Shown: piece by piece, positions 1 to 9,109 of the stretch | Numbering within the stretch: the stretch's first letter is position 1 | Layout: each line of letters opens with the position of its first letter | Notes under the pieces: model-generated | Databases searched by the model: none | What the model was told of the DNA's origin: nothing | What the model saw: only the letters and a program-made list of their open reading frames with translations | IMG/VR virus record: IMGVR_UViG_3300004151_000006 | Coordinates: 1-64,000 of that record | Strand: one strand, 5' to 3' | DNA length: 64,000 nucleotides | Translations under genes and position numbers: made by a program

Positions 1-43
1 CATCTGTAGCTACTTGAAATTGAGTACCAGATGGCGTAGCCAT
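1..43 (-). CDS. 5' end of a gene running off the window (MATPSGTQFQVATD...)
   Basis: ATG at 43 with AGGAGG RBS; ATCCTATAG motif at 88-80. Confidence 0.6.
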   Translation of the reverse strand, partial: MATPSGTQFQVATD

Positions 44-98
44 ATATGTGATCCTCCTAGAGGTGATGGTATCTAAAGACTATAGGATGAAGAGAGGT

Positions 99-124
99 GG
101 GACAGTCCCCTTGGGGACTGTCCC
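99..124. terminator. GC-rich hairpin (12-bp arms)
   Basis: gggacagtcccc-tt-ggggactgtccc, downstream of minus gene 136..852. Confidence 0.7.
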
Positions 125-135
125 TGTTGACGCAT

Positions 136-852
136 TTACAGAGGCCAAGCCAGATCGATGTTGTCGAAGAAAGCTGCAGCCATAGCTTCAGCATTGGCTG
201 CAGTATCAATGAGCTTAGTGATCACCTTTTCACGTTCAAAACACGCCAGAGTACGGATAGCCATCACCTTAAAGAAATAGAGGATCTCAGTCTCAGTGAT
301 AGCACGATATGTACCTTCAGTAATCTTGAATTCCAATTCATCCATATATTGCTTGAATTCAGTATCTTCAGGTTCAAAGATCTTAAGATAGACTAAAGAG
401 ATCATAAGTTGAGCAATACGATTACGATCAGCTTCAGCAGACTGGATCACAGTACCATCGGAAAGCTTGACACCAGCATCTTCCACCACATGTTTCTTTT
501 CAGCCAAACGAGCAAACAATAAAGGTTTGATGATATCCATTGACTTAGCCACTAGTGTCCACTTAAATCGATACCCTTTAGCAGTGACTGTGATCTTTTC
601 TTCAGAGAAAGGTATCACCTGTTCAATAGTAGTCTCGAAATATTCATACTGATCTATACCATTTGTATCTTTAGCTGTCACATCAAAGATATCTTTATTC
701 TCCAAATACTTGGGAGGAAAATACTGGTTGTCAAAATAGTAGATACCCTGTTCTTCCAGGGACTTAGTATTGACAATGGTACCAGCTGTGCGCATGTCGT
801 CCAACTGATAGTCCGTGATGGGACGATTCTCATCTTTGATGAAAAAAGGCAT
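136..852 (-). CDS. tail fibre assembly protein, DUF4376-like
   Basis: C-terminal KHVVEDAGVKLSDGTVIQSAEADRNRI...CFERE pattern; AAGGAG RBS. Confidence 0.65.
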   Translation of the reverse strand: MPFFIKDENRPITDYQLDDMRTAGTIVNTKSLEEQGIYYFDNQYFPPKYLENKDIFDVTAKDTNGIDQYEYFETTIEQVIPFSEEKITVTAKGYRFKWTLVAKSMDIIKPLLFARLAEKKHVVEDAGVKLSDGTVIQSAEADRNRIAQLMISLVYLKIFEPEDTEFKQYMDELEFKITEGTYRAITETEILYFFKVMAIRTLACFEREKVITKLIDTAANAEAMAAAFFDNIDLAWPL

Positions 853-979
853 ATGCGATCTCCTTTGAGAGATATGTGATGGTGTAGCTAAGACTATAGA
901 ATGGTCATATTGTTGATTCAGTTTAGGCTATCACAGTATCACATGTTATAGGCCCTGTGCTATTAAAGGAGAGATCCCT

Positions 980-1807
980 ATGTCAGACACTTTTTCTGTC
1001 TTTTTTAATGCTATCATTGAACTTGGATTATCAGCCTATGCTATTAATATTGAACCCATTGATGATGGTATCTTAGATGTCTATACTATTAAAATAGATG
1101 AAACTTATATTTATTGGCATTGTCTCAATACAGAAAAAGCACTAGAATATCCAGCCTATGATGAAGATCATATCATACATCTCCTGACTATCCATATCTT
1201 ACCTATCAGATATAAAGAAGATATCGCTACACCAAGAGATATTTATATTGCGTATCAAAATACTGAGTATATCAGTGAACTCCATTTAGATGTACTTACA
1301 GATAATATCATTCAATCTATCGTGGATAGTTTACCTGATCTCAAATACAATCCAGATTATACTGTTTATGATGGCCAGAGTGTCAAAATGAATGAAATCA
1401 ATCAAGCTTATAATGAAGCATTCAATACTATTATTATTGACTATCCAGAACAAGAAGTAGCATCTTTCCCTTTACAGACAGATCAAGCTAAAGAGTACCT
1501 CTCTAATCCAAATGCAGAAGTCTCATTCTTAAGATTACTTTATGCTGGTCGTGTCAGTCGTGGATATACTGAGACATTGGAAGAACTCTGTAGAAAGATC
1601 TTATCTAAAGCTACACTGTTTGAACCTATCTCCGGATATCTCTCTGGTATCCGCCAAGCTATGGAAAAAGAAATAGAGGCTATCATCACTCGAGTAGAAT
1701 CCGGTGATATCACCACCTATCAAGGATACAGATTGTGTATGCAGATCTATGTGGAATATCCAATTCCCACTAGGGAGCAATTCTTACAGATGATCACACC
1801 TGTATGA
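980..1807 (+). CDS. tail fibre assembly chaperone-like protein
   Basis: YPEQEVASFPLQTDQAKEYL...LEELCRKILSKA...SGYLSGIRQAME resembles a common tail-fibre chaperone domain; AAGGAG RBS. Confidence 0.65.
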   Translation: MSDTFSVFFNAIIELGLSAYAINIEPIDDGILDVYTIKIDETYIYWHCLNTEKALEYPAYDEDHIIHLLTIHILPIRYKEDIATPRDIYIAYQNTEYISELHLDVLTDNIIQSIVDSLPDLKYNPDYTVYDGQSVKMNEINQAYNEAFNTIIIDYPEQEVASFPLQTDQAKEYLSNPNAEVSFLRLLYAGRVSRGYTETLEELCRKILSKATLFEPISGYLSGIRQAMEKEIEAIITRVESGDITTYQGYRLCMQIYVEYPIPTREQFLQMITPV

Positions 1808-2107
1808 CATTCATTCAATCTGTAGATATATATCATATATTTGGAGTATTGATGTATTTGATTTAGGTATACCCGTATACTACTACTTGTCTTCATTGTA
1901 TTTGCTTTTATAGTAGTTATATGGGAGGACACCATGTTAGTGGTTGTCATCATTGCACTCATCGGCTAAGTTTTCATTCTTCATTAATCTTTTATTGTGG
2001 CGTGTGGATAGATATGCTGCACTGTCATCTCTATAGCCTCTTAGAGATGCTAGGTAGAGTAATCTCTACCTGCTGCATATGTGAAAACCGTAACAGGAGA
2101 TAGCGTA

Positions 2108-2719
2108 GTGACTTATGCGAAGCATGTGTTTTTCACCCTAGGGATCCTTTGGATCTCGGCCATCAGTGGCGTAGCTCATAGTGCTACAGTATCTGATCTC
2201 ACCAAAGTGGATGTCTCTATCCATAAAGTCTTAAAACAATATCCCAACCATGTACAACAGTATGCTGAACAGTATAGATTATTACTCATAGAGACTGCAG
2301 TGGTGGAATCTGATGCTGGTATCTATATCAACTGTATGGGTAATTATGGTCATTATCAAATACGTGGTACTTCAGGTAAAGAACTCATCACTGATCTTAA
2401 ATCACAATATCCGGATATTTATCAAATAGTAATGAAACATTTCAATAAACAACTATCACTCAAAGATAATTTGATTCAAAATTTAGACTTTTCTACAGCA
2501 TTGTGTGTAGCGTATTATTGTACCAAACTTAAAGATCCAGAGAAACAATTATCCACTGTGGAAAGTAGAGCTGCTACTTGGAAGAAATTATACAATACAT
2601 ATAGAGGAGCTGGTACAGTGAGTAAATATATCAAAGTCAATAAACCAATCCACCAGACAATACCAAAGATCAAACCACTCTTTTCAAATACCAATATTAT
2701 TACTGAAGACAAACAATGA
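2108..2719 (+). CDS. exported lysozyme-fold/transglycosylase-like protein (endolysin-like)
   Basis: signal-peptide-like N-terminus; LLIETAVVES..G, GHYQI, NLDFSTALC, WKKLYNTYRGAGT; GTG start after AGGAG (ORF track start 2081). Confidence 0.6.
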   Translation: MTYAKHVFFTLGILWISAISGVAHSATVSDLTKVDVSIHKVLKQYPNHVQQYAEQYRLLLIETAVVESDAGIYINCMGNYGHYQIRGTSGKELITDLKSQYPDIYQIVMKHFNKQLSLKDNLIQNLDFSTALCVAYYCTKLKDPEKQLSTVESRAATWKKLYNTYRGAGTVSKYIKVNKPIHQTIPKIKPLFSNTNIITEDKQ

Positions 2720-3315
2720 AATTCAAATGGTCATACTTAATACCATTGGTAGTTGTTGGTTTTGTTCTCTTTGTTTTTAGTATGGTCCTTGATCAGCTAT
2801 ACAGTACCACATCCACTAATCACAAACCCATTAGCTTTCAAGCACCACAAGTACAAGAGTATGGAATCAAGCATGAAGAAGAACCACTCCCACCTATCAA
2901 GTATTTTGGATATCTGAAATCAAGTAAGGTCAATGATCTCAATCATCTTTACTTTGAAGTATTTGATCAAGATAAGCATCTATACAAAATAGTCCAACTC
3001 TATGGTATAAAGGTACCCAATGATTCAAATATTAAAAAAGCTATTGACACTGTCATTGGAGTATATGCAGAGAATCAAGTCATCATTGTGTCTAGGACAG
3101 ATCATCCTGATCAACAGTTTGATATTGTCTCAATCAAGATCATCACACCAAACAATATCCTCATAGATTTGGCTGAGCTCCTCACTACAAAAGGCTCCGT
3201 CGATGTCACTGAGGATACCAAACATCAGATGACACATGCCCTCCTTAATAAAGGAAAGTCCTATGCTCAAGAGCACCATTTGGGCATCTGGGCTAATACT
3301 TCCATATCAAAGTAA
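2716..3315 (+). CDS. membrane-anchored thermonuclease (SNase)-like protein, probably degenerate
   Basis: N-terminal TM; VQLYGIKVP, LAELLTTKG, AQEHHLGIWA; no DGDT motif. Confidence 0.55.
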   Translation: MKFKWSYLIPLVVVGFVLFVFSMVLDQLYSTTSTNHKPISFQAPQVQEYGIKHEEEPLPPIKYFGYLKSSKVNDLNHLYFEVFDQDKHLYKIVQLYGIKVPNDSNIKKAIDTVIGVYAENQVIIVSRTDHPDQQFDIVSIKIITPNNILIDLAELLTTKGSVDVTEDTKHQMTHALLNKGKSYAQEHHLGIWANTSISK

Positions 3316-3667
3316 AATCATCATTGCTGGTAGTAGAAGTATCATTGATCCAAATCTAATTTATCCAATCTTAGATGATCATTTTTCATATATAGGTGAA
3401 GTAGTTTGTGGGACAGCTCTTGGTGTAGACACCATTGGTGCTCATTGGGCAATAGATAGACAAGTCAGGATCAGTTGTTTTAAACCTGATTGGCATCCCA
3501 ATGGGCATTATGACAAATCTGCTGGATATAAACGTAATATAGAAATGGGTGAATATGCACATGGACTATTAGCTTTTTGGGATGGTCAATCACGGGGGAC
3601 CAACCACATGATCAATATCATGGATCGGTTGGGTAAACCCTATGTAGTCTATAAACTTGCAGCATGA
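3263..3667 (+). CDS. SLOG family (YspA/DUF2493-like) protein
   Basis: KIIIAGSR, VVCGTALGVD, SAGYKRN, AFWDGQSRGT; ATG 3263 preceded by AAGGA. Confidence 0.85.
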   Translation: MLKSTIWASGLILPYQSKIIIAGSRSIIDPNLIYPILDDHFSYIGEVVCGTALGVDTIGAHWAIDRQVRISCFKPDWHPNGHYDKSAGYKRNIEMGEYAHGLLAFWDGQSRGTNHMINIMDRLGKPYVVYKLAA

Positions 3668-3726
3668 CCCTATACATAGTCACCATGGGAGCATTGCTCC
3701 CATGGTGTACTACACAGGAGGCTACC

Positions 3727-3981
3727 ATGTCTAAGGACAATCCGAATGAAATCATTCATGGTCCGATCATGTCCGAAGGACTCATCGGTCGAAAGTGTAT
3801 ACGTCAGTATCACAATGGGAATAAAGATACACATTATATCATCCGTGGGGTCTATGTAAAGACCACTGGATTTGATGATCGAATAGTGTTCATTGTAGAA
3901 GACCAAGAAACTTCTACAGTGACTAATGTGTTAGCACATCAAGTGAAACTTCTTCCGATCGAGGAGACTATCCATGAATAA
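3727..3981 (+). CDS. hypothetical protein
   Basis: AGGAGG RBS before ATG 3727. Confidence 0.7.
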   Translation: MSKDNPNEIIHGPIMSEGLIGRKCIRQYHNGNKDTHYIIRGVYVKTTGFDDRIVFIVEDQETSTVTNVLAHQVKLLPIEETIHE

Positions 3982-4576
3982 CAAATCTATAAATATCAAG
4001 ACTTTTGCAAAACTGAAAGTTGCTATATGTATTGATGATGTCATGGAGAAAGGTGAAACCCAAGGTACTGTATATGTTGAACCAACACAATGTAGACAAG
4101 GTATGACTTATGTGAAAATTGAAGATGGTGCACTCATCCCAGTTGAATTGTCTGAACTTTATATCAATTATGGTGAATTAGCTTTACGTGAAGGATTAGA
4201 TATTGATATTGATGATATTGAATATGATAGAGTGGTCAGTGTACCAGATACAGTAAAACAAGCTATTGATAAACATTTTGATAAATTGGATGAAAATGAA
4301 ATTGAATATCTGATTGAACAATTTGGAAATGAAGATAGATTTAAACATAGTTTATTCCGTATCTTCAAAGGGAATATTCCCATACCTAAATTACATGATT
4401 TAATTAATATGATTTTAAACAAGAAGGATTTTTCACCCATATTGGAATTGAATAAACTTGAGATCAAATGTTGTATGGCTAGTATTTTTAAACTATATAT
4501 GAATGATCTCAATAATTTAAATATCACCCATGCTAAATTCCTTAAAGCTTATATGAATGGTGAATTCACTTTTTGA
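3974..4576 (+). CDS. hypothetical protein
   Basis: GAGGAG RBS, coupled to upstream ORF. Confidence 0.75.
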   Translation: MNNKSINIKTFAKLKVAICIDDVMEKGETQGTVYVEPTQCRQGMTYVKIEDGALIPVELSELYINYGELALREGLDIDIDDIEYDRVVSVPDTVKQAIDKHFDKLDENEIEYLIEQFGNEDRFKHSLFRIFKGNIPIPKLHDLINMILNKKDFSPILELNKLEIKCCMASIFKLYMNDLNNLNITHAKFLKAYMNGEFTF

Positions 4577-4592
4577 TCCAAATGGAGGATAT

Positions 4593-5153
4593 ATGAAAAC
4601 ACTCAAAGTTAATTATTATAATAATAAACCCTCATCTAAATTATATGTGATTTTGAAGTTAGTGTCTCCAGAATCATCAAAAGAGATATTTGGGTATCAC
4701 CTCATCAGTGCTTATGTTCATTCTATTGAAAACATACAAGATCCCAAAAATCACATATATCATATATGTCATACTTCCACAGAATATCTTCATTTCTTTC
4801 CTGGATGTAAAGGTCGTGAAGTCGATGTGATCACTGAAAATATCAACACTCAAAAAGATTGGGATATTGCAAGTGATCAATATTATAAATTGTTGTATGA
4901 TAGGTATGATAAGTATTGGAAATCTTTAAATGATATCAATAATACCATTTGTGATAAGAGTATAGTCCATGATAAAGCATTACTGACATTATGTAATGCT
5001 AGAGATGAATATCGGGCTATCGCTTATTCTCTTAAATGTGAGGTATTACCTGATCATGGAATGATATCTCGTGATACATTTTGCAAATTACAGAATAATG
5101 ATCATGAATATTATCTTGAGACTTTTGTGAATAAATGGGTGTTAGAGGAATAA
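4593..5153 (+). CDS. hypothetical protein
   Basis: GGAGG RBS before ATG 4593. Confidence 0.75.
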   Translation: MKTLKVNYYNNKPSSKLYVILKLVSPESSKEIFGYHLISAYVHSIENIQDPKNHIYHICHTSTEYLHFFPGCKGREVDVITENINTQKDWDIASDQYYKLLYDRYDKYWKSLNDINNTICDKSIVHDKALLTLCNARDEYRAIAYSLKCEVLPDHGMISRDTFCKLQNNDHEYYLETFVNKWVLEE

Positions 5154-5166
5154 AGGAAAGCACATC

Positions 5167-5700
5167 ATGTCAAATATATATAGTTTCATCTATACTTTTC
5201 CCACTTTTATGATGTGTCAAAATACAGATGAAATCCTCTCTGCTATATGGAAGGAAAAATCTAATTATCTTTATTTATTAGAACATCATAAATCCAACAA
5301 ATATTTAGCATTGGTGAAATTGAACTGTGATGGATGTAAATTACCTGAAATCTTAGGTAAACCCAATGATAGTAAATATACTCTACGTATAGAGTACAGC
5401 CATAAAAAGATACTCTATGAGTGGTCATATAGCCCACATAATATAGAAATTTATAGACAATATTGTCGTCATAATGATATTTTATATTTTAGTAATAATA
5501 TTACTCAAGCTATAATGATGTTTGAATTAAAATTGTATGATATTGAAAAGATTATTACTGCACATTTTATTGAAGCACAAATAAACTTAGAACGTGATTG
5601 TAAAATCAGAATGAAAGATTTAAAAGATGATCAAGTTAAAATACTACAATCTCTTATGTTAGAGAATACAAAGATAAAAGAAGAAATGAAAGATGAGTAA
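5167..5700 (+). CDS. hypothetical protein
   Basis: 177-aa ORF in operon, AAGGA RBS. Confidence 0.7.
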   Translation: MSNIYSFIYTFPTFMMCQNTDEILSAIWKEKSNYLYLLEHHKSNKYLALVKLNCDGCKLPEILGKPNDSKYTLRIEYSHKKILYEWSYSPHNIEIYRQYCRHNDILYFSNNITQAIMMFELKLYDIEKIITAHFIEAQINLERDCKIRMKDLKDDQVKILQSLMLENTKIKEEMKDE

Positions 5701-5989
5701 TATTATTGTCACTAGTAAATGGGTGATAGATAGTGATCATGTTATTGGTAAATTCTGTAAGTGTTATGGTTGTGTATGTATGATCATTGGTTTCTTTGGT
5801 GATAGTGTACAAACTACATTTCTACTTGAAGATATAAAAACAGGTAAATTGAAAGATAGAAAAATAGAAGTTTTAGATTATGATTTCACTGATCAAGATA
5901 ATCAAGATATTCAGAAATATATTGATACTAAAATAAATCCAATCAAAGTTGAGGATTTATTTGGTGAAGGTGGATATTCTAGTGAGTAA
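5693..5989 (+). CDS. hypothetical protein
   Basis: overlapping start/stop in operon. Confidence 0.65.
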   Translation: MSNIIVTSKWVIDSDHVIGKFCKCYGCVCMIIGFFGDSVQTTFLLEDIKTGKLKDRKIEVLDYDFTDQDNQDIQKYIDTKINPIKVEDLFGEGGYSSE

Positions 5990-6125
5990 TAATACAACAA
6001 CTGTGATATTTACAATCTGTATTACGATAATATTTGTTACCTTAGTTATCACATTTGGTATTGTGGAATATAAAAAATTAGAACTGGGTATCGTGGATAA
6101 AAGCTTAATCACTATCAAACCTTAG
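5982..6125 (+). CDS. 47-aa single-TM protein (not in ORF track)
   Basis: GTG start overlapping upstream gene end; MSNNTTTVIFTICITIIFVTLVITFGIVEYKK...; fills gap before hairpin. Confidence 0.55.
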   Translation: MSNNTTTVIFTICITIIFVTLVITFGIVEYKKLELGIVDKSLITIKP

Positions 6126-6148
6126 AATAAAACCTTTTAATAAGCAGC

Positions 6149-6181
6149 TGGACACAGTGGCCCGTCGGGCCACTGTGTCCA
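6149..6181. terminator. GC-rich hairpin (16-bp arms) between convergent genes
   Basis: tggacacagtggcccg-t-cgggccactgtgtcca. Confidence 0.75.
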
Positions 6182-6222
6182 TATGTAGAAAGAGCAAGGT
6201 CTTTTTTGCTCTCGTAGGCTGC

Positions 6223-6627
6223 TTATACCGACTGAGCCGTGTATCCGTGAGAACGAAGGAGTTCTAGGATGGTGGCTAATTGCTCAGATGGAGTGTCATA
6301 TATCCTGATATCGAATGACGTAGCTACGTCGACGACTTCCAGGGATGATGGATCGATCCACTCTCTGGCGAAAAAGCGCTTGCGTTTACTCTCGTAGTTC
6401 TCCAGAAGAGAAAGCTGCAAGAATGTCAACTTCTCAAGCACGGGCAGTTCTGGATGAAGTTTTACCACCTCTTTGTAGTAAGGGACAACATCCTCGGTGA
6501 GGGTGATTGCAGAATAGCGACAGATAGCTTCGATAGTACCAGACCAGAGCACATTATCATGCACACTGATGGACTTAAACCGAATGGTCTGTCCAATAGT
6601 TAGAGTAGATGGGTCTACTAGTGCCAT
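6223..6627 (-). CDS. conserved phiKZ-like hypothetical (possibly virion) protein
   Basis: 134 aa, GAGG RBS; WIDPSSLEVV and LELLRSHGY resemble a recalled phiKZ-like family. Confidence 0.6.
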   Translation of the reverse strand: MALVDPSTLTIGQTIRFKSISVHDNVLWSGTIEAICRYSAITLTEDVVPYYKEVVKLHPELPVLEKLTFLQLSLLENYESKRKRFFAREWIDPSSLEVVDVATSFDIRIYDTPSEQLATILELLRSHGYTAQSV

Positions 6628-6708
6628 GAGGTCATTACCTCAAATGCACCAGCATACTCACTTGATTTGTGATACTCCGGTTGATTCATGTCTATTCGAC
6701 CTTTTGCC

Positions 6709-8640
6709 CTAACTGGCATTTCCGGATACACTCTTCATATACACACCTCCAGGCACAATGACCTTATCTGTAGCCATCAGCTTGATGATGAGTTCACCCA
6801 CCCTACTTAAGATTTCATGATAAATCAACACAGGTTGAATCACTGGATACCCATATATCAATACATTATCATCCTCTTCAAGCTCAAGATACTCCAGGTA
6901 CATATCTAAGTCGTTCACGACACCTTCAGGTGCCAGAGCGTTGATATACTCCTGGGGATGCTTCGCTGTATTGGGGACTATAATATCATTTGTGTTGTAT
7001 ATATTTTCATCATATAAAGTCTTAATTACATGATTGATAGCTAACCTGAAATTCTCATGGATAAAGAGCATATATTTCTTATCCACTTCAGACATCACAA
7101 AGTTGTCATTTTCAATCTTTTCTTTAACGATCACAAGTACATCATTCATACTGAGTACACCATTAATAAAGAAGTTATTAGTGATAGATGCCATGGTAGC
7201 GCCAATGACATCTCTTACTACATGGTGTGCAGCTACATTGTCATGTGTATTACCACCAAGCTTTAAAGTGGGAAGATGAATACATGTCATATTTTTCATA
7301 GCTAAAGTAGCAATATCATGGACTGATTGATCTTTAGCATGACTAAGATCTGCTTGTTCAGCACGTAATTTCATATCTTCCAATAAGTCATCATAAAATT
7401 TACATTTACCTGGATGTTTAAAATTTGGATGAATGGTAGCTTTAGTAGCATCGTGTTCAAAGAGTCCATAGAATTCCATGACTGATCCATAGGTACGAAT
7501 CTTATTCACCATGAATGTGTAACTATCATCTAAAGGATTTTGTCTCTCAGTCTGAATATATGGAGTAGTGGATGCAATAGCATTAAGCACTGCAAGATCT
7601 ACTGCATACTGGGTAAATGTTTTATTTTTTGTAAAATACGAAGCTAGTGCAATGGGTTCTTTACGAATGGCATTAACCTCACCAACGGTACGTATAATTT
7701 CAGCTGGGATCTGTGCAGCAGTGAGTATACACAATGATTCATTTTCAGGATAAGCTTTGATATATCCAATCAATTTGCTCGTACAAGTATCACCAGTAGC
7801 CATACCATCGGGAATAGCTAACACTCTTACATTTTCTTTTACCCATTCAGTTTGCATGACTTCATTATAAAGATTGGCAGTTTGAAAATCAATATCTACG
7901 ACAAAATCATAAGGTTCTGTATGAACAGAATAATCAGTTTCATCTTCTACTTTTGAACTAAACCAAGTTTGATGTTCCCAAGCTTCTCTGGGGATACCTT
8001 CAAAGATAGTCTTCATACATTTAGATAAGATCAAATGTCCACCAGAAGAAGACATAGATTGCATAAAAGCAATGACACCAGCCCAATATTCTTCAGATTT
8101 ACCAGGATAAAGACTCATGAGTCTTTCAATAGAATAAGATTCATTATCGATAGTCTCCAACACAATCTTTACAAATTCTTTATAGAGTTTATTTTGATCT
8201 ACTGTAGTGAGTTTGAGTGCAGCGATCTTATCTTTGTTTTGTAATGCATTCTTAAGAAAGATAGCGGCTACTAGCATGGCAGTAGTGGTGCCATCTTTAG
8301 CTCTACGATCCACTTCTCTACCAATATAAGTGATGACATTTTTAAGATATGTTTGAATGATAGATGCAAACTCTACTTTTTCCAATATAGTAATACCATC
8401 TTTAGAGAATGTGGAAGGTGAAGCCAATGCAGCATTACCACTAGCGATTACATTCCGATCTACGATCATAGAAAATTGACTATGTGGACCACAATGTGGT
8501 GTGAGTAATTGATCAATATATTCCAGGGTATCTGTAAAGATCTGTTTGTTTTCTTCAAGTTTCATATCCACAACATTTTGCATATGCAAATGTGTGTTGA
8601 TGACGTTTTTACCAACGTGACCGTTGCCTGGATTGTTCAT
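6709..8640 (-). CDS. groEL: divergent GroEL-like chaperonin
   Basis: HCGP (TLGP), SKDGITIL (TKDGVTV), KDGTTTA (GDGTTTA), LKLGG...VRDVIGATMAS, VIQPV...KLMATDKVIV. Confidence 0.8.
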   Translation of the reverse strand: MNNPGNGHVGKNVINTHLHMQNVVDMKLEENKQIFTDTLEYIDQLLTPHCGPHSQFSMIVDRNVIASGNAALASPSTFSKDGITILEKVEFASIIQTYLKNVITYIGREVDRRAKDGTTTAMLVAAIFLKNALQNKDKIAALKLTTVDQNKLYKEFVKIVLETIDNESYSIERLMSLYPGKSEEYWAGVIAFMQSMSSSGGHLILSKCMKTIFEGIPREAWEHQTWFSSKVEDETDYSVHTEPYDFVVDIDFQTANLYNEVMQTEWVKENVRVLAIPDGMATGDTCTSKLIGYIKAYPENESLCILTAAQIPAEIIRTVGEVNAIRKEPIALASYFTKNKTFTQYAVDLAVLNAIASTTPYIQTERQNPLDDSYTFMVNKIRTYGSVMEFYGLFEHDATKATIHPNFKHPGKCKFYDDLLEDMKLRAEQADLSHAKDQSVHDIATLAMKNMTCIHLPTLKLGGNTHDNVAAHHVVRDVIGATMASITNNFFINGVLSMNDVLVIVKEKIENDNFVMSEVDKKYMLFIHENFRLAINHVIKTLYDENIYNTNDIIVPNTAKHPQEYINALAPEGVVNDLDMYLEYLELEEDDNVLIYGYPVIQPVLIYHEILSRVGELIIKLMATDKVIVPGGVYMKSVSGNAS

Positions 8641-9109
8641 ATGCTAAACGCTCCCGCGTATTAAATGTGTCTGTGGCATTAGCTGACTTATCCTGTTGTA
8701 TTTGATTTTGGATGTTAGCTATGACTTTTTTACGTGGTTCATCTATCTCAGCATAAACTGATTTCAATATATCATATAAAGCAAAATCCATCTCTAACAC
8801 ATCAGTTACAGATAAACCAGTGAGATTGTGGATATCGGTAGACATAAAGAAACGTAATACATCTTCAAAGATAGGATTACCTATTTCTCGATTATCTTCA
8901 TATTCAATACCTAGAAAGTTTCTACTCGTGATAGGTCTATCTTTATAAAAATTGGGATTAAAGAATTCACTATTGAATTTGGAAATACCCAAACACCGAG
9001 CCTTGCCTGGGTATTTCTTCCAAAATGCTAAAGCCTCTAGATGTGCTTTGGCGTATTCGACTATTTTGTCGTATTTGACTGGTTGGCTGCGGTCAGTCGA
9101 ATAAGACAC
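8609..9109 (-). CDS. probable -1 frameshift extension of the upstream tail/baseplate assembly protein
   Basis: GTG start without RBS; -1 frame relative to 9061..10779; T7 run just upstream; TGLSVTDVLEM motif. Confidence 0.65.
   Translation of the reverse strand: MSYSTDRSQPVKYDKIVEYAKAHLEALAFWKKYPGKARCLGISKFNSEFFNPNFYKDRPITSRNFLGIEYEDNREIGNPIFEDVLRFFMSTDIHNLTGLSVTDVLEMDFALYDILKSVYAEIDEPRKKVIANIQNQIQQDKSANATDTFNTRERLAYEQSRQRSRW

Noticed and set aside
3236-3315. +1 frameshift fusing the SNase-like and SLOG genes
   Set aside because: The SLOG ORF has its own AAGGA plus ATG at 3263 and there is no slippery site.
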